Positions 1-11,670 are shown, counted from the whole stretch's first letter. The stretch is 63,957 nucleotides of DNA, filler included, from Octopus bimaculoides (GCF_001194135.2; 6 parts of 6 records of this genome joined end to end with filler, not necessarily neighbours in it), one strand, 5' to 3'. Translations and numbers: made by a program. Notes: a model not told the origin generated them from the sequence alone.

Positions 1-19
1 AATGACATATCCACCACGA

Positions 20-372
20 CCTTAGAATAAACACACGCAAATATTGAAAATGATACATTCAAAAGAGGTACATAAGAATTCATTAAAAACAGTCCCAATC
101 CACAACGAACCACTTTTAGGTCATTTGACCATTTAACATCCTACTACTATCATATCCCGCATTCTTCTTCTTCTTCTTCTTCTTCTTCTTCTTCTTCTTC
201 TTCTTCTTCTTCTTCTTCTTCTTTACTTTACTACTACTGCTGTTTAGAATAACACCTACGCAAATATTATAAACAATACATTCAAAAGAGACATCTCAAG
301 AATTCAATCACTACTACCATCCACAACAAGTCACTTTCAGGACACGTGACCATTTAACATCCTACTACTATT
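20..372 (+). repeat. Two diverged direct copies (~125-130 bp) of a LINE-3'-end-like sequence separated by a (TTC)n tract
   Basis: ~22-150 and ~245-372 align (TAGAATAA..ACGCAAATATT..TACATTCAAAAGAG..TGACCATTTAACATCCTACTACTAT). Both end in an open frame GHxTI* followed by a CTACTACTA tail. (TTC)n at ~163-223. Confidence 0.5.
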
Positions 373-384
373 CAGGTTCCTTAT

Positions 385-640
385 TCACCCTGTCTATGAT
401 GTAATGCGTGAGATGGAGGCTGTCGTTGAAAGGTCTGTTCGGGGATAGCGCATGTCTGTTTATTACCGACTAGTATATCAACAACGAGCGCCAACTCCTT
501 GCCTAATACTTTCGCCTAAATCTTGTAATTTGTGTTTAGCAAAGTTGCAAGGCTAAAACGATTTATTTGGTTCCCTTTGTTTGGGTCCTTTCTCAGCAGC
601 AGCACCGATCCACTGCTTCACAGCACTGGGATGTACTTAT
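385..640 (-). mobile_element. Tx1-like non-LTR retrotransposon RT N-terminal fragment (degenerate)
   Basis: Minus-strand translation with frameshifts: VLLLRKDPNKG..LLNTNYKI*AKVLGKELALVVDILVGNKQTCAIP..NDSLHLTHYIIDRV, matching the LINE RT motif RPIxLLNxDYKILAKxLAxRL...QxxxxxGRxIxDN. Confidence 0.8.
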
Positions 641-649
641 TGCGAGTAA

Positions 650-2045
650 TGTTTGTGTAGTGGTGTATATGTTTCATTAAGTCCTTGCCGTTTGGATCTC
701 TGCAATGTGAATGGTGATGCTTTTCGTTTGTTCATTTTGGGGATACCGTTCTTGCCTTCGTTCGTTGCGATATTGTTAATGTTGGTGATGTCTCTAGTAT
801 TGAAGTTGGGCGTTTGGGCGCATGATTGTCAGTTTATGTGACTCTTGCTCAAAGCTCTTCGTTTTTTTCTGGTGCAATGCTTTCCCTTTCACAATTTTCT
901 TATTTTCCACTTCACTATTCTGGTAATTCGTTCAAACTTATTTTTTGCGTGGCAAGTTCTTGTAGTCGGAGAATTCTGCTTCACAGTGGAAGGATATTTC
1001 TGTGCAGTAGAGTATATCTATAGGTAGTCTGGTTGATAGGTGTGGGTAAGATTTCTATGGGTTGAGATGGTGTAGGCGATACTTTTCAGGGTTGTGGCGT
1101 AGGTAGCTGCTGTTGTTATGTTTCTCTTGCTATTACTTTTGATGCTGTTGTTACTGTTTTTGTTACTGTTACTCTCGGTGCTCCTGCTGTTGGTGCTTTT
1201 GTTGTTGATGACGATGATGCTTTTGTTGCTACACTTGTTGAGGAGAAGGTGTCAGCAGCAGAGTGTCTTCTGTTTTTTGCAGTGGGCATAAAACTGGTGC
1301 ACTGAACGGGCATAACATGATTGTTTCAGTTCGACATATATACGATTTGCACTTTGATATATATGGCAGTCTAGCCTTCTGCCCTCAACTGCTATGAAAA
1401 ACTGCAAGCTTTTTGGAAGGTTAGTTAAGTCAGGAATAGTCCTTATAACCATTGGTCTGTCTGGATTAATAGTTCCATCCCTGTGCCTGACCAGTTATTT
1501 TTTCTAAATCTGTGGGCTTGCAGAAAACGATCGTCACAATCTAACCCTCTCCAATTGAGGTATGTTAATATTTAGTGTCGTGGTCGAATTTTTCTTCGCT
1601 ACTTCATCGGCTGGAAGCCTCATCTCAGCTGTGTCAAAGCGTCTTCTTCGAGCGATATAGGTTTCTATACTCAAAATTCGTTTCTTTGATCTGGGCCTGC
1701 ATCTCTCGCGCAAGTTGCCTCGGTTTGGGTGTAATACATTTATATATTATTGTTTTTCTTTGAGTTACCTTTTGAATTTGTTGCTGTGTTAATGTAAATT
1801 GTTCTACTTTTCTTGGGGAAATGTGTTTTGACATTTCTTAATGTTTCTTCCGTCATTAGAAAAGAAGAGAAATAATAAAAGAAAACAAGAAACAAGTCGC
1901 AGTAGATTGGTACAGTGTTTAGAATAATGAAACAATATCCGAAGTAATTCGAGCAATAATATAATGGAGAGTTTAAAGTTGGAGTCCCGCAGCAGAAACC
2001 AGAAGTCCGCGTGAGCTTTAAAAGTATGGGATAAGCACAACAAAC
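650..2045 (-). mobile_element. Degenerate LINE 5' region/ORF1 remnant
   Basis: A-rich minus strand with broken ORFs 1634-1834 (KTIIYKC), 1252-1452 (IAVEGRRLDCHI, zinc-knuckle-like) and a Thr-rich low-complexity part 1116-1313; directly abuts the RT fragment. Confidence 0.5.
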
Positions 2046-2509
2046 ATGAAAACGCGTAATTATATATAATTCAGGATAACTGTATGAAATGAAGTATAAA
2101 TACAGAAACTTAAATGCTGCAGTAAAACTAATTGTAAAGGTATATCTCTGAATATTATTTTAGAAATGCAATATAAAATGTAAAGTATGTAATCAGTAAA
2201 AAAAATCACGGTAATACTTTTAATAATAATTAGCCCGTTAAACACATAATTTCGAACTGAAACAATTATGAAATGCCCGTTCAAGTGCATTAGATATTTT
2301 TAGTTAATGTATAAAGCTATAGAGCAACACACGCTGCAGAACACTTTATAATGGGATATATTAAGCTATATCAATATTCAAGATAGAATGCATGTATTTT
2401 AAGTAACATTAATTAAATACACTTGCCAATATATTTAAGTACGTGCCAATTGAAAATATATATGCATAGTCAAGTAAGGTCATTTAAAACGACAATCATA
2501 TTATTATAG

Positions 2510-2847
2510 CACACGCACGCACGCACACACACACACATACACACACATAAATATATGTATGTGTGTGTGTGCGTGTGTGTGTGTGTGTGTGTATGTGTAT
2601 ATATACATTCTCACAAAAATACGCACGAACATGTATGCATATATAGTAAGCATATACAAATATATATATATTCGCGAACTCATATGCATATGCATATATA
2701 CATATACGTACACACACACACATATACATATACAAATATACACGCACATGTATTTAGTTACTTGTATATGTATGTATGTATATATACACACACGCACACA
2801 CACACACACACATACAAACACACAAGTACGTAAATATTTATATACAA

Positions 2848-2890
<43 letters not shown>
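2510..2890. repeat. Compound CA/TG/TA microsatellite
   Basis: Direct reading. Confidence 0.95.
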
Positions 2891-2893
<3 letters not shown>

Positions 2894-2985
2894 GGACATA
2901 AATATTTACTCATATGATCTCGAATGAAGCATCAAATCGCATGGATATATAAAAGTATGTAAATACATAAACACACTTGTACGCA

Positions 2986-3419
2986 CAGTAATCCCCCGAC
3001 TATCACGGGTGTTACGTTCTAAAACCCCTGCGATCGGTGAAAATCCGCAAACAGTACTGTACTGTATAGTTTTTGGAATTTATTTTTATAATTTGTATAT
3101 ATTTATTTTACCAAAAATGCAAAACACCACGGAAGAATCACCAAGTAAGCTGAAATAATCCGTTCTACTCTAGGCACAAGGCCCGAAATTTTGGGAGAGG
3201 GGGCCAGTCGATTTTAATTGGTCCCTGTACGCAACTTGTACTTAATTTATCCACCCCGAAAGAATGAAAGGAAAAGTCGACCTCGGCGGAATTTGAACTC
3301 AGAACATAAAGACAGACGAAATACCACTAAGCATTTCACCCGGCGTGCTATTTTTTCTACCAGCTCGCCGCCTTCGTAAGCTTAAATAATAAGCCGCGAT
3401 AGGCGAACCGCGTTTACTG
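2986..3419. mobile_element. Tigger/pogo-type MITE interrupted by a SINE
   Basis: Left end CAGTAATCCCCCGACTATCACGGGTGTTACGTTC; right end GCGATAGGCGAACCGCG-TTTACTG followed by TA. Typical pogo/Tigger non-autonomous ends. Confidence 0.65.
3160..3375 (-). mobile_element. tRNA-derived SINE, family A (AAGGCGGCGAGCTGGCAGAA head), with 15-bp TSD
   Basis: Reverse complement starts AAGGCGGCGAGCTGGTAG; B-box-like GAGTTCAAATTCC. Flanks GTAAGCTGAAATAAT (3145-3159) and GTAAGCTTAAATAAT (3376-3390). Confidence 0.9.
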
Positions 3420-3520
3420 TATATCAATACAAACATGCAGTCCATTAAATATCAATTTTAACTTATTTTTAAGTGTTAAATATATCTTGCGTCATATACT
3501 CAAATGCAAATACAATTGTA

Positions 3521-4758
3521 TCTGGTCATCCCTTAAGTAATATCTGAAATATAATATATGTAATTTCTATCAAATTTTACAGTACTCTAAAATGCCAAAT
3601 GGTATTGATTGATACGCATATAAATTTGGAAATCTTTAATTTAAAATAATTTCATTTTATAGAATAATCTGACTGAATTAATTACGAATATTACCCACTC
3701 AAAGATAGACATAGCGAAAGAACGTTTAAGGAACATAATGCTTTATGAGTTCAAAAAGGGAAACAGTGCAGCAGAAGCAAAGCGAAATATCCATTCTGTT
3801 TATGGCGAAGATTGCTTGAAAGAAAGTTACAGAAGATGGCTTTTAATGTTCAAAATATTAATTTCAGCATAAGAGCGAGGCCACGTTGAATTTGATGATG
3901 AGCTTTTTTCGTCAAAGATTGAGAAGAATAATGCTGTGTCAGTTGAAGAATTGGCAAGCAAGCCATTCAGCTGTTCACTACCATCTTCAACAACTTGGAA
4001 AGTGTCCAAACTTAGAAAAGGAATTCTCCATAATTTGACGTAAGCCAAACGAAACTCACGAGTGGACACGTGCTCATCTCTTCTCTTTTGTGAACGTATC
4101 TCACCATTTTTGGACAGATTAGTGACTGGTGGTGAAAAATAAAATTTTTATGAAAATGTTAAGCAATGCAAGAAAATGGCTTGGTTGTGGAGAACAGGCT
4201 AAACCACAACACAAAAAGGACCTCCATGCCAAATACGTTCTTTGGTGGGATTGCATTGGCGTCATCCACTTTGAGCTGCCACCAACTAATGCAACAATAA
4301 CTGTTCTCACCTATTGCCAACAATTGAAGCATTCGGATACCGCTTTGAAGAAAAAAAGACCCACTTTGGTGAATCGTAAGGGAATGGCGTTTGATCATGA
4401 TAGTGCAAGGCTTCACACTGCAAAGATTACATCAGAAAAAAATTAAAAAACCTGGCTGGAAAAAAATCCCCACCAGCCCTATTCCCTGGACCTCGCTCCT
4501 TCTGATTACCATTTCTTTTGAAGCTAATAGAGTCATTTATGGATGGATTAGACCTCAAAAGCCTCAAAGAAGTCGAAACTGATTTGTCTTCCTTCTTCGA
4601 ATCAAAACCAAAAGAGTTTTTCACCAATGGAATTTAAAAAACTGATGAGTAGATGGGAGGAAGCTATCAATAATGAAAGGAATTATATTCATGGCTAAAT
4701 TTTGATAAAATGTAAAATTAGATCCTTACCCAAAATTCGAACATTTAGGATGACTGGG
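3521..4758 (+). mobile_element. Near-full-length decayed mariner transposon (pseudo-transposase ~3705-4705)
   Basis: IMLYEFKKGNSAAEAKRNIHSVYG (HTH), VTGGEK (VTGDEKW), HDSARLH (HDNARPH), DLAPSDYH, RWEEAINNERNY. Degenerate TIRs TA-TCTGGTCATCCC / GGATGACTGGG-TA; ~1.24 kb; stops and frameshifts. Confidence 0.92.
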
Positions 4759-4822
4759 TATTAAACCTACAATGAATTTACGATGTGGAGCTTCCATTTC
4801 TTTTCAACATATATTTAAATAC

Positions 4823-5011
4823 AGGTGGTGAGCTGATAGAATCGTTAGCACGCCGACGAAAACGCTCAGTGGAATTTCGTCCGGAATCGACTTTGCCTTT
4901 TATCCTTTCGGCGTCGACAAAGTATGTACCAGTTGAACACAGAGGTCGTTGTAATCGATGTACACTATCCCCGAACTTGCTGGCTTCATACCAAGATTTG
5001 AAACCGATATT
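4823..5011 (+). mobile_element. SINE family A copy with internal (B-box region) deletion and 11-bp TSD
   Basis: AGGTGGTGAGCTGATAGAATCGTTAGCACG...TTTGAAACC; flanks TATTTAAATAC at 4812-4822 and 5012-5022. Confidence 0.85.
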
Positions 5012-5874
5012 TATTTAAATACCTTTTAAGTTTAAACTATAATTCTTTTACCACAATGGCCTCAATAGGCCTCAATTACTAAACTCATCACGCATCAATA
5101 TATATTTCCATTCTTATATAAATTTTATATAATTTTTTTGTGAATAGTAACTTGAAGAATTTCTGTATCATTGTGTGAATAAATCATGAGAGTCGAATAC
5201 TGACGATATATTCTCACTTTCTTTACTGTTTACACATAAATATTTCTAGGTATGTATGTTCAATCATTTTAAGTCTTCCTGTAAAATAGGAGTTGGTTTC
5301 TAATAAGGATACAAAGCTCCATCGTTGGAATATAGGTAAGAAAACTTCAGAAAACTCTTCCATATTTGTACCGTTTCGCTGATAATTTTTGTAATGTGAT
5401 CGTCAGCTGGATGATTGCTTCTCCATAAAAATATATTTATGTATCCATGCATACATGTACTCACACACATACACACATATGACGTAAGAGTTTTAAGTTA
5501 TGATATACATTTTACATTGTGCAAACATTATCCTATATAGGACTCAACGCACTGCGTAGAGTGGAAACACGTTTGCTTTATCAAAGTTGATGCCGGGCTG
5601 TCTACGACTATCGTGTGCAGCCCTACCAAGGGCGAATTTAGAACAGAATATCGATTGTTGATACAGTAAATATGTATACATACATATACACATATACTCA
5701 TATAGCATATATGTACATGCACATACATACTGATATATGTGTATGTTTGTGTGTATATTCAACTGTTGTACTTTATGAAGGAAACAGAATGACACCCACT
5801 ACACATTGCAAAACTGAAATTTCAAGCTGAAATTTTCCTCTTTACTCATGTTCCACATCCTCAGGTAACAATTG

Positions 5875-6630
5875 TTTTCGGATCAGTATTCATGTTCATA
5901 TCATATACACTGGAGGAGGTTCGATTTTTTGGGGTATGATTGTTGTCATCATTTATTGTTTTCTTGTGTTCTGTTATGGTGTGGTCTTTTTTTGAGGAGA
6001 GCTTTCTGCAGCTATCGTTTTATTGTATATTTTGCAATGTTGATTTCTTATTTTAATTTTCGATCTTTTACTATGTTGGTCGCAGTTTCATTGTTTTATT
6101 TTGTTTTGTAACTTTATTTTATTGCCTATTTTTTGGTTAATTTGTTATTTGTCTTATATTTTCATTGGTTGTCTTCGCTGCTGATTACTTGTGAAGTTGT
6201 TGTTAATGTTTATCTTGTTACTGATATTATTTTTGTTTTTCATTTCATTCAATTGCTTTGTATCGTGTTTATCTAAATTTTTTTGTCAAGTTTCTTTTAT
6301 TATCTTGTTGCTCATATTGCTTTTTCTGAAGATGTTACCTGTTTGGTTAGCTGTTGCGTGATGATTGTTACATATTTCAGATAAATTGCTTTATTTCACC
6401 TTCGTTTAACTGATTCATTGTTATTTCTCTTGGTGTATGTCAGGTCATTAAATGCCTTGCTGTTTCCTATGTTGGTATGATTTAGTGGTTGATAGATACG
6501 TTTAGGAGTTTTCGTTTCATGTTATTGTTTAAATATACATTTGTAAATTTAATTTTTAAAGTTTCCTTTTTGGTTCAGCATATCTTAAAAGGTGTTAAAA
6601 TTGTTGATTCACTTGTCTATTAATTTTTAT
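5875..6630 (-). mobile_element. Highly decayed segment, A-rich on the minus strand; probably a retroelement ORF remnant
   Basis: Strong T-skew on plus and fragmentary frames (IYKCIFK) reminiscent of the 650-2045 element; no diagnostic motif. Confidence 0.3.
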
Positions 6631-6631
6631 A

Positions 6632-6730
6632 TGAAACCTGAAAAGACTTTTCCATTCTTCCCGAGCGTTAAATTAATACAACTGCTTGCTGTTCTTTCAC
6701 CTGTCTTCATCTTTTGTTTTCTGTGTGGTA
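6632..6730 (+). mobile_element. Fragment of PLE-type terminal repeat family (also at 34980-35140 and 59780-59975)
   Basis: GAAAC..AAAGACTTTTCC..TTCCCGAGCGTTAAATTAATACA..CACCTGTCTTC matches the other two copies. Confidence 0.6.
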
Positions 6731-6794
6731 TGATTATTAACAATTAGTATAACACTCAATTGGTTAAGAGAGTAAAGATATTAATATAAGATTC

Positions 6795-7094
6795 TAGTGG
6801 AGTTGAACATTCTGTATGGCCACCCAGTTCCCAGATCTCAATATTATTGAACATTTATGGTGTATTTTAGAAAAACAAGTAAGGAGTCGATACCTTCCAC
6901 CATCATCACTACAAGAACTGGAGACCGTTTTACTGAAGAATGGACAACAATTCCTTTGAAAACAATTCAAACTTTGTACGAGTCCATAGCTCGTAGAATT
7001 CAAGCTGTACTTACTGCCAAAGGCGGTCGTACCCCATATTAAAATAAATTTGTTTGAAATTTTAAGGAGCTTCCATTATTTAGTCCAAACACTG
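6795..7094 (+). mobile_element. Tc1-like transposon 3' fragment with right TIR
   Basis: WPPS-PDLNIIEHLWCILEKQVRSR...EEWTTIPLKTIQTLYESIARRIQAVLTAKGGRTPY*; ends ..CCAAACACTG followed by (TA)n. Confidence 0.92.
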
Positions 7095-7629
7095 TATATA
7101 TATATATATATATATATNNNNNNNNNNNNNNNNNNNNNNNNNNNNNNNNNNNNNNNNNNNNNNNNNNNNNNNNNNNNNNNNNNNNNNNNNNNNNNNNNNN
7201 NNNNNNNNNNNNNNNNNNNNNNNNNNNNNNNNNNNNNNNNNNNNNNNNNNNNNNNNNNNNNNNNNNNNNNNNNNNNNNNNNNNNNNNNNNNNNNNNNNNN
7301 NNNNNNNNNNNNNNNNNNNNNNNNNNNNNNNNNNNNNNNNNNNNNNNNNNNNNNNNNNNNNNNNNNNNNNNNNNNNNNNNNNNNNNNNNNNNNNNNNNNN
7401 NNNNNNNNNNNNNNNNNNNNNNNNNNNNNNNNNNNNNNNNNNNNNNNNNNNNNNNNNNNNNNNNNNNNNNNNNNNNNNNNNNNNNNNNNNNNNNNNNNNN
7501 NNNNNNNNNNNNNNNNNNNNNNNNNNNNNNNNNNNNNNNNNNNNNNNNNNNNNNNNNNNNNNNNNNNNNNNNNNNNNNNNNNNNNNNNNNNNNNNNNNNN
7601 NNNNNNNNNNNNNNNNNNNNNNNNNNNNN

Positions 7630-7690
<61 letters not shown>

Positions 7691-7779
7691 TATACGTATA
7701 TGCATATATATATAGATATATGCATATACATATATATATATATATACATATATATATACGTATATATGCTTATATACAT

Positions 7780-7813
<34 letters not shown>

Positions 7814-8424
7814 TTATATATATATGTATGTATCTATGTAGCTACATGCATATATATCATATAATATATAAATACATATACGTATGCACACACACATGCA
7901 AACATACATGCAAAAATACATAGATACATATACACATAGGAGATTTCAGATAAAATAGGAAAAAAAAAAAGCATTAGAAAAAAATATATGAATGATGTCA
8001 TTAACCAGCAGGTAACGCGCAACTCCCGATCAGGCCAATGGTTAAGCGATGAACATATATATAACAATTCTAAAACTGAATCTTGTTCATAAAATAACGT
8101 TTCTTTATGGACAATCAGAGGCAGACCGTGTACTGAATAAGCCAATGGAAGACGATATGTAAATATTGAATTTTATTCTGAGAGCTGTAGAAAGACAGGA
8201 TCTGTAAAATGATATTCAACAGTTAATAAGCTAACAAACTGACAAATTAAACGACAATCTTCATACAGAAAATATTGGAGGTTTAATGTACACAATAGAT
8301 TTAGTATAAAATACAGAATACTTATGAGAGAAGCCTCAAAGTCGTGTCGAAAGAAAAATTTTTATATAATAAAGAACGCTGAACACTCTACTGAAAATAT
8401 TGATTATTCGCCTCCTATTTCCAC

Positions 8425-8848
8425 ACACACACACACGTGTGTGTGTGTGTGTGTGTGTGTGCGTGTGCGTGCGTGTGTGTGTATGTGTATGTGTATGTGT
8501 GTGTGCGTGCGTGTATGTGCGTGCGTGAGCGCGTGTATGTTAATGTGTTTGTGAATGTGGATATATATATCTATGTATGTATATATATATGCACATATAA
8601 ATACATTCATATACATACAAACACACACACACATACACACACATATGTATGTATGTATGTATGTATGTATATGTATAAACATTTATACATGTACAATCAT
8701 ATATATGCATCGATGTTCGTATGAATGTATCCATCCAATGAATCTCTGTCAATAATATTTAAAAAGTTTTGACTCACTTTCCAGTTAGTGTAGAGTTACG
8801 TAACTATAAGAGTATATATTAACTACAAACACACGCACGCGCACCGCA

Positions 8849-8915
<67 letters not shown>
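8425..8915. repeat. Compound TG/TA/CA microsatellites
   Basis: Direct reading. Confidence 0.9.
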
Positions 8916-9133
8916 NNNNNNNNNNNNNNNNNNNNNNNNNNNNNNNNNNNNNNNNNNNNNNNNNNNNNNNNNNNNNNNNNNNNNNNNNNNNNNNNNNNNN
9001 NNNNNNNNNNNNNNNNNNNNNNNNNNNNNNNNNNNNNNNNNNNNNNNNNNNNNNNNNNNNNNNNNNNNNNNNNNNNNNNNNNNNNNNNNNNNNNNNNNTT
9101 CAAGTTATAGCACTTTATAATTCAAATACATAC

Positions 9134-9211
<78 letters not shown>

Positions 9212-9537
9212 AAAAATACTGTCATAGAGTACTACATGCTTATGCTTTCTAGTATTTCTACTGATAAATTACACAATACCTGAGGTAGAGTCAATTTATT
9301 CCTTGTATTACGTCATCCGTCTCACTTCTCACTGCTCAGAGTTTCATGCCCAGAAGCAATCCTGTCACCAAAATAGTTAATGGTGAGAATTACTATAAGC
9401 TCCCTCAATGAAGTAAGAATCTAAGTTTATGATTTGTTTCATTCGCTTTAAAGTTGGTAACCTTTCGGTGGATGTTCTATACAACTATGTTACGGGTGGT
9501 TTTGTTATAATAATGAAGTTAATAGTTACTTCTGTCT

Positions 9538-9753
9538 AAGGCGGTGAAGTAGCAGAATCACTAGCATGCCGAGCAAAGTGCTTAACAGCATTTCGTCCGT
9601 CTTCACGTTCTTAGTTCAAATTCAGCCGAGGCTGACTTTATCTTTCACCCCTTTCGGGGTCGAAACATAAGTGTCAGTTGAGCCCTGGGATAGATGTAAT
9701 CAATTTACGCCACACCCGAAATTGTTGGCCTTGTGCCCAAAATTTAAAGTAAT
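9538..9753 (+). mobile_element. SINE family A
   Basis: AAGGCGGTGAAGTAGCAGAATCACTAGCA..TTAGTTCAAATTC..GGCCTTGTGCCCAAAATTT. Confidence 0.88.
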
Positions 9754-10140
9754 ATTCATTCCTACCTCATCATGCAAATGTTAATTTGGATTTCTTGTAA
9801 AGAAAGCCAAATTTTCCGATTATTGGTTGTGCTCCCTGCTACGGATGATGCAAAGTGTTTTCCCTTAATATACTAGTTGCTGGAAGAAATGTTTTAAGTT
9901 ATTGTTTCTCTCTCAGGCGCCATGAATATTCTGACAGAACTACTGTGTTCATATCGTTTATGAAAGTAAAATTTGTCAGATGACATCAGTTGGGTAAACC
10001 AGGGCTTCTCAACCGTGGGCCATATGGCCATTGGAAATCCATATAAGAATTTGTTGTTAAAAATAATCTGCAATAAATGTGTTACACGTCTACTATACGT
10101 AAAATATTTTAACGATTTGTCTATATAATTTCTAATAATC

Positions 10141-10520
10141 TATTGGGTTGGCAACTAAGTTCCCACGGTTTTTTTAAATTTTGGAATTTATTGCGTTTTT
10201 AAATTTTGGAATATATTTTTTTCGAGAATTCTATTTTTGAATCATTTTAGAATCAATTTTTTTTTCTAGTAAATTTTAGTTAATTTTTGTTTATTTTCAG
10301 ATCATTAAAATAGAATGTCAAGTTAAGAAAAACGAACATTTTCGACACCTCCTTCTTTTTGCTTTTAATCAAGGTTCTAAGGCCGCAAAAGCTGCTAGCG
10401 ACATTTCTGCTGTGTATGGAGAGGGTTCCATAGCTGAAAGAACCGTTCGTGATTGGTATGCCAAGTTCAAAAATGGAAATTTTGACCTCAAAGACGCACC
10501 TCGTTCTGGCCGTCGAGTGT
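10141..10520 (+). mobile_element. Mariner 5' fragment (left TIR + transposase N-terminus, 10310-10520)
   Basis: TIR TATTGGGTTGGCAACTAAGT; IECQVKKNEHFRHLLLFAFNQGSKAAKAASDISAVYGEGSIAERTVRDWYAKFKNGNFDLKDAPRSGR. Confidence 0.92.
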
Positions 10521-11033
10521 GTTCAACGCATCTGACCACCAAACCCGCCGCAAACCACTTTCTTCAGGAAAAGAAAGGGATGGAGGGGTGGTGGGGACCT
10601 CGGAATTTTGTTTCGTAGGTTTTTGTTTTTATTTTCCAGTGGATGTGATATCGAAATCACTCGTAAACAGCTCCTTTTCCTAGAAAAGGAAGGAAATATT
10701 TGGCTGCTATTCCTAGCATGCCATGCTAGCATGTAACAGCTATTTCGGGTCCTTTATCGCAAATAGCTATTACGTGGTAGCAAGTCGTGCTAGAAATAGC
10801 AGGCAAATCTTTCCTTTTCTGAGGTAAGGATCCGTTTACGCGTGATTTCGATGTCACATTCGTTGAAAGCATGCGAAATAACCTGGAAAAGAAAATAAAA
10901 ACCCGCAAAACAAAATCTGTTGGTGGAAACTCGGAGTTACCCGAGGAACTGCGAGGTCCCCACCACCCCTTCACTCTTTTCTTTTCCGGAAGAGAGTGAC
11001 TAGCAGCAGGTTTGGAGGTGAGGTACGTTGAAT
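10521..11033. repeat. ~510-bp imperfect palindrome (fold-back)
   Basis: GTTCAACG..GGGGTGGTGGGGACCTC..GATATCGAAATCAC..GCTATTCCTAGCA mirrored by TGCTAGAAATAGC..GTGATTTCGATGTC..GAGGTCCCCACCACCCC..CGTTGAA; centre ~10755. Confidence 0.9.
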
Positions 11034-11670
11034 GCAGTCGAAAAACCTGTGGAAAAAATTATTTCACACCGAAGTACGAACGGGTCCTTTGGGAAATATT
11101 TACCCAAGATCAGGACAAGCATGAGAATTGAGGGATCAGTGAGACCCATAAAGCATGGGCTGAGCGTCTGGCAGAACAGAGAGTAAGAGGCAGAAGCAGG
11201 AGAGATCAGGAATCGGACACTCGAAGAGCTGAGCGTCTGACGAAACAGAGGGAAAGAAAAAATCAGGAGACATAATGAATTGGATGCTCATGCGAATACA
11301 AACGGAATAAAACAAGTTTCACGTAAATCGGACCACGGGTTACCGAGACTCGCGGCGTTTTTGGGTACCTTTATAAATAGCCAAATCGGCGTATAATGGG
11401 GAAAATGCTTTGAAAGTAAGGTACCATTGAAATGTGAATACAAACGGAATAACACAAGTTTCGCGTAACTCGGACCACGGATTCCCGAGATACGTGGTTT
11501 TTTGGGGATACTTTGAAATATTGGTGACCCAACAGGTCGTACCTAGTCTAGTATTTAATAAAACTACAATATGTTAATTTAAGCATCAATCTTCTAAGAG
11601 GGTCCATCTGAGTTAAATAAGAATCAAAGGAGTCCATAGGTAAAAATAGTTGAGAAATACCGAGGTAAGC

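Larger units (their letters stand above)
10139..11551 (+). mobile_element. Non-autonomous Helitron-like element (5'-TC...CTAG-3', inserted at A^T, no TSD)
   Basis: Empty site TAATAA^TATTT is seen in the sister MITE; insert starts TC (10139) and ends GACC-CAACA-GGTC hairpin + CTAG (11548-11551). Internal STPR-like peptide ETHKAWAERLAEQRVRGRSRRDQESDTRRAERLTKQRER. Confidence 0.72.
10000..11662 (+). mobile_element. hAT-type MITE copy 1, split by a Helitron insertion (MITE parts 10000-10138 and 11552-11662)
   Basis: CAGGGCTTCTCAACC...GTTGAGAAATACCG; both parts align to the uninterrupted copy at 11671-11924. 8-bp flanks GGGTAAAC / AGGTAAGC. Confidence 0.8.

Noticed and set aside
2496-2927. Many 60-340-aa ORFs rich in YI/CV/HT/X (here and throughout)
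   Set aside because: Translations of dinucleotide repeats and N-runs, which lack stops by construction.
3705-4705. Active or domesticated mariner transposase
   Set aside because: Multiple stops/frameshifts and the first catalytic Asp is mutated (VTGGEK).
9340-9412. Plus-strand exon-like segment (CAG...GTAAGA)
   Set aside because: Stops in all three frames; only a non-coding exon is possible and there is no support.
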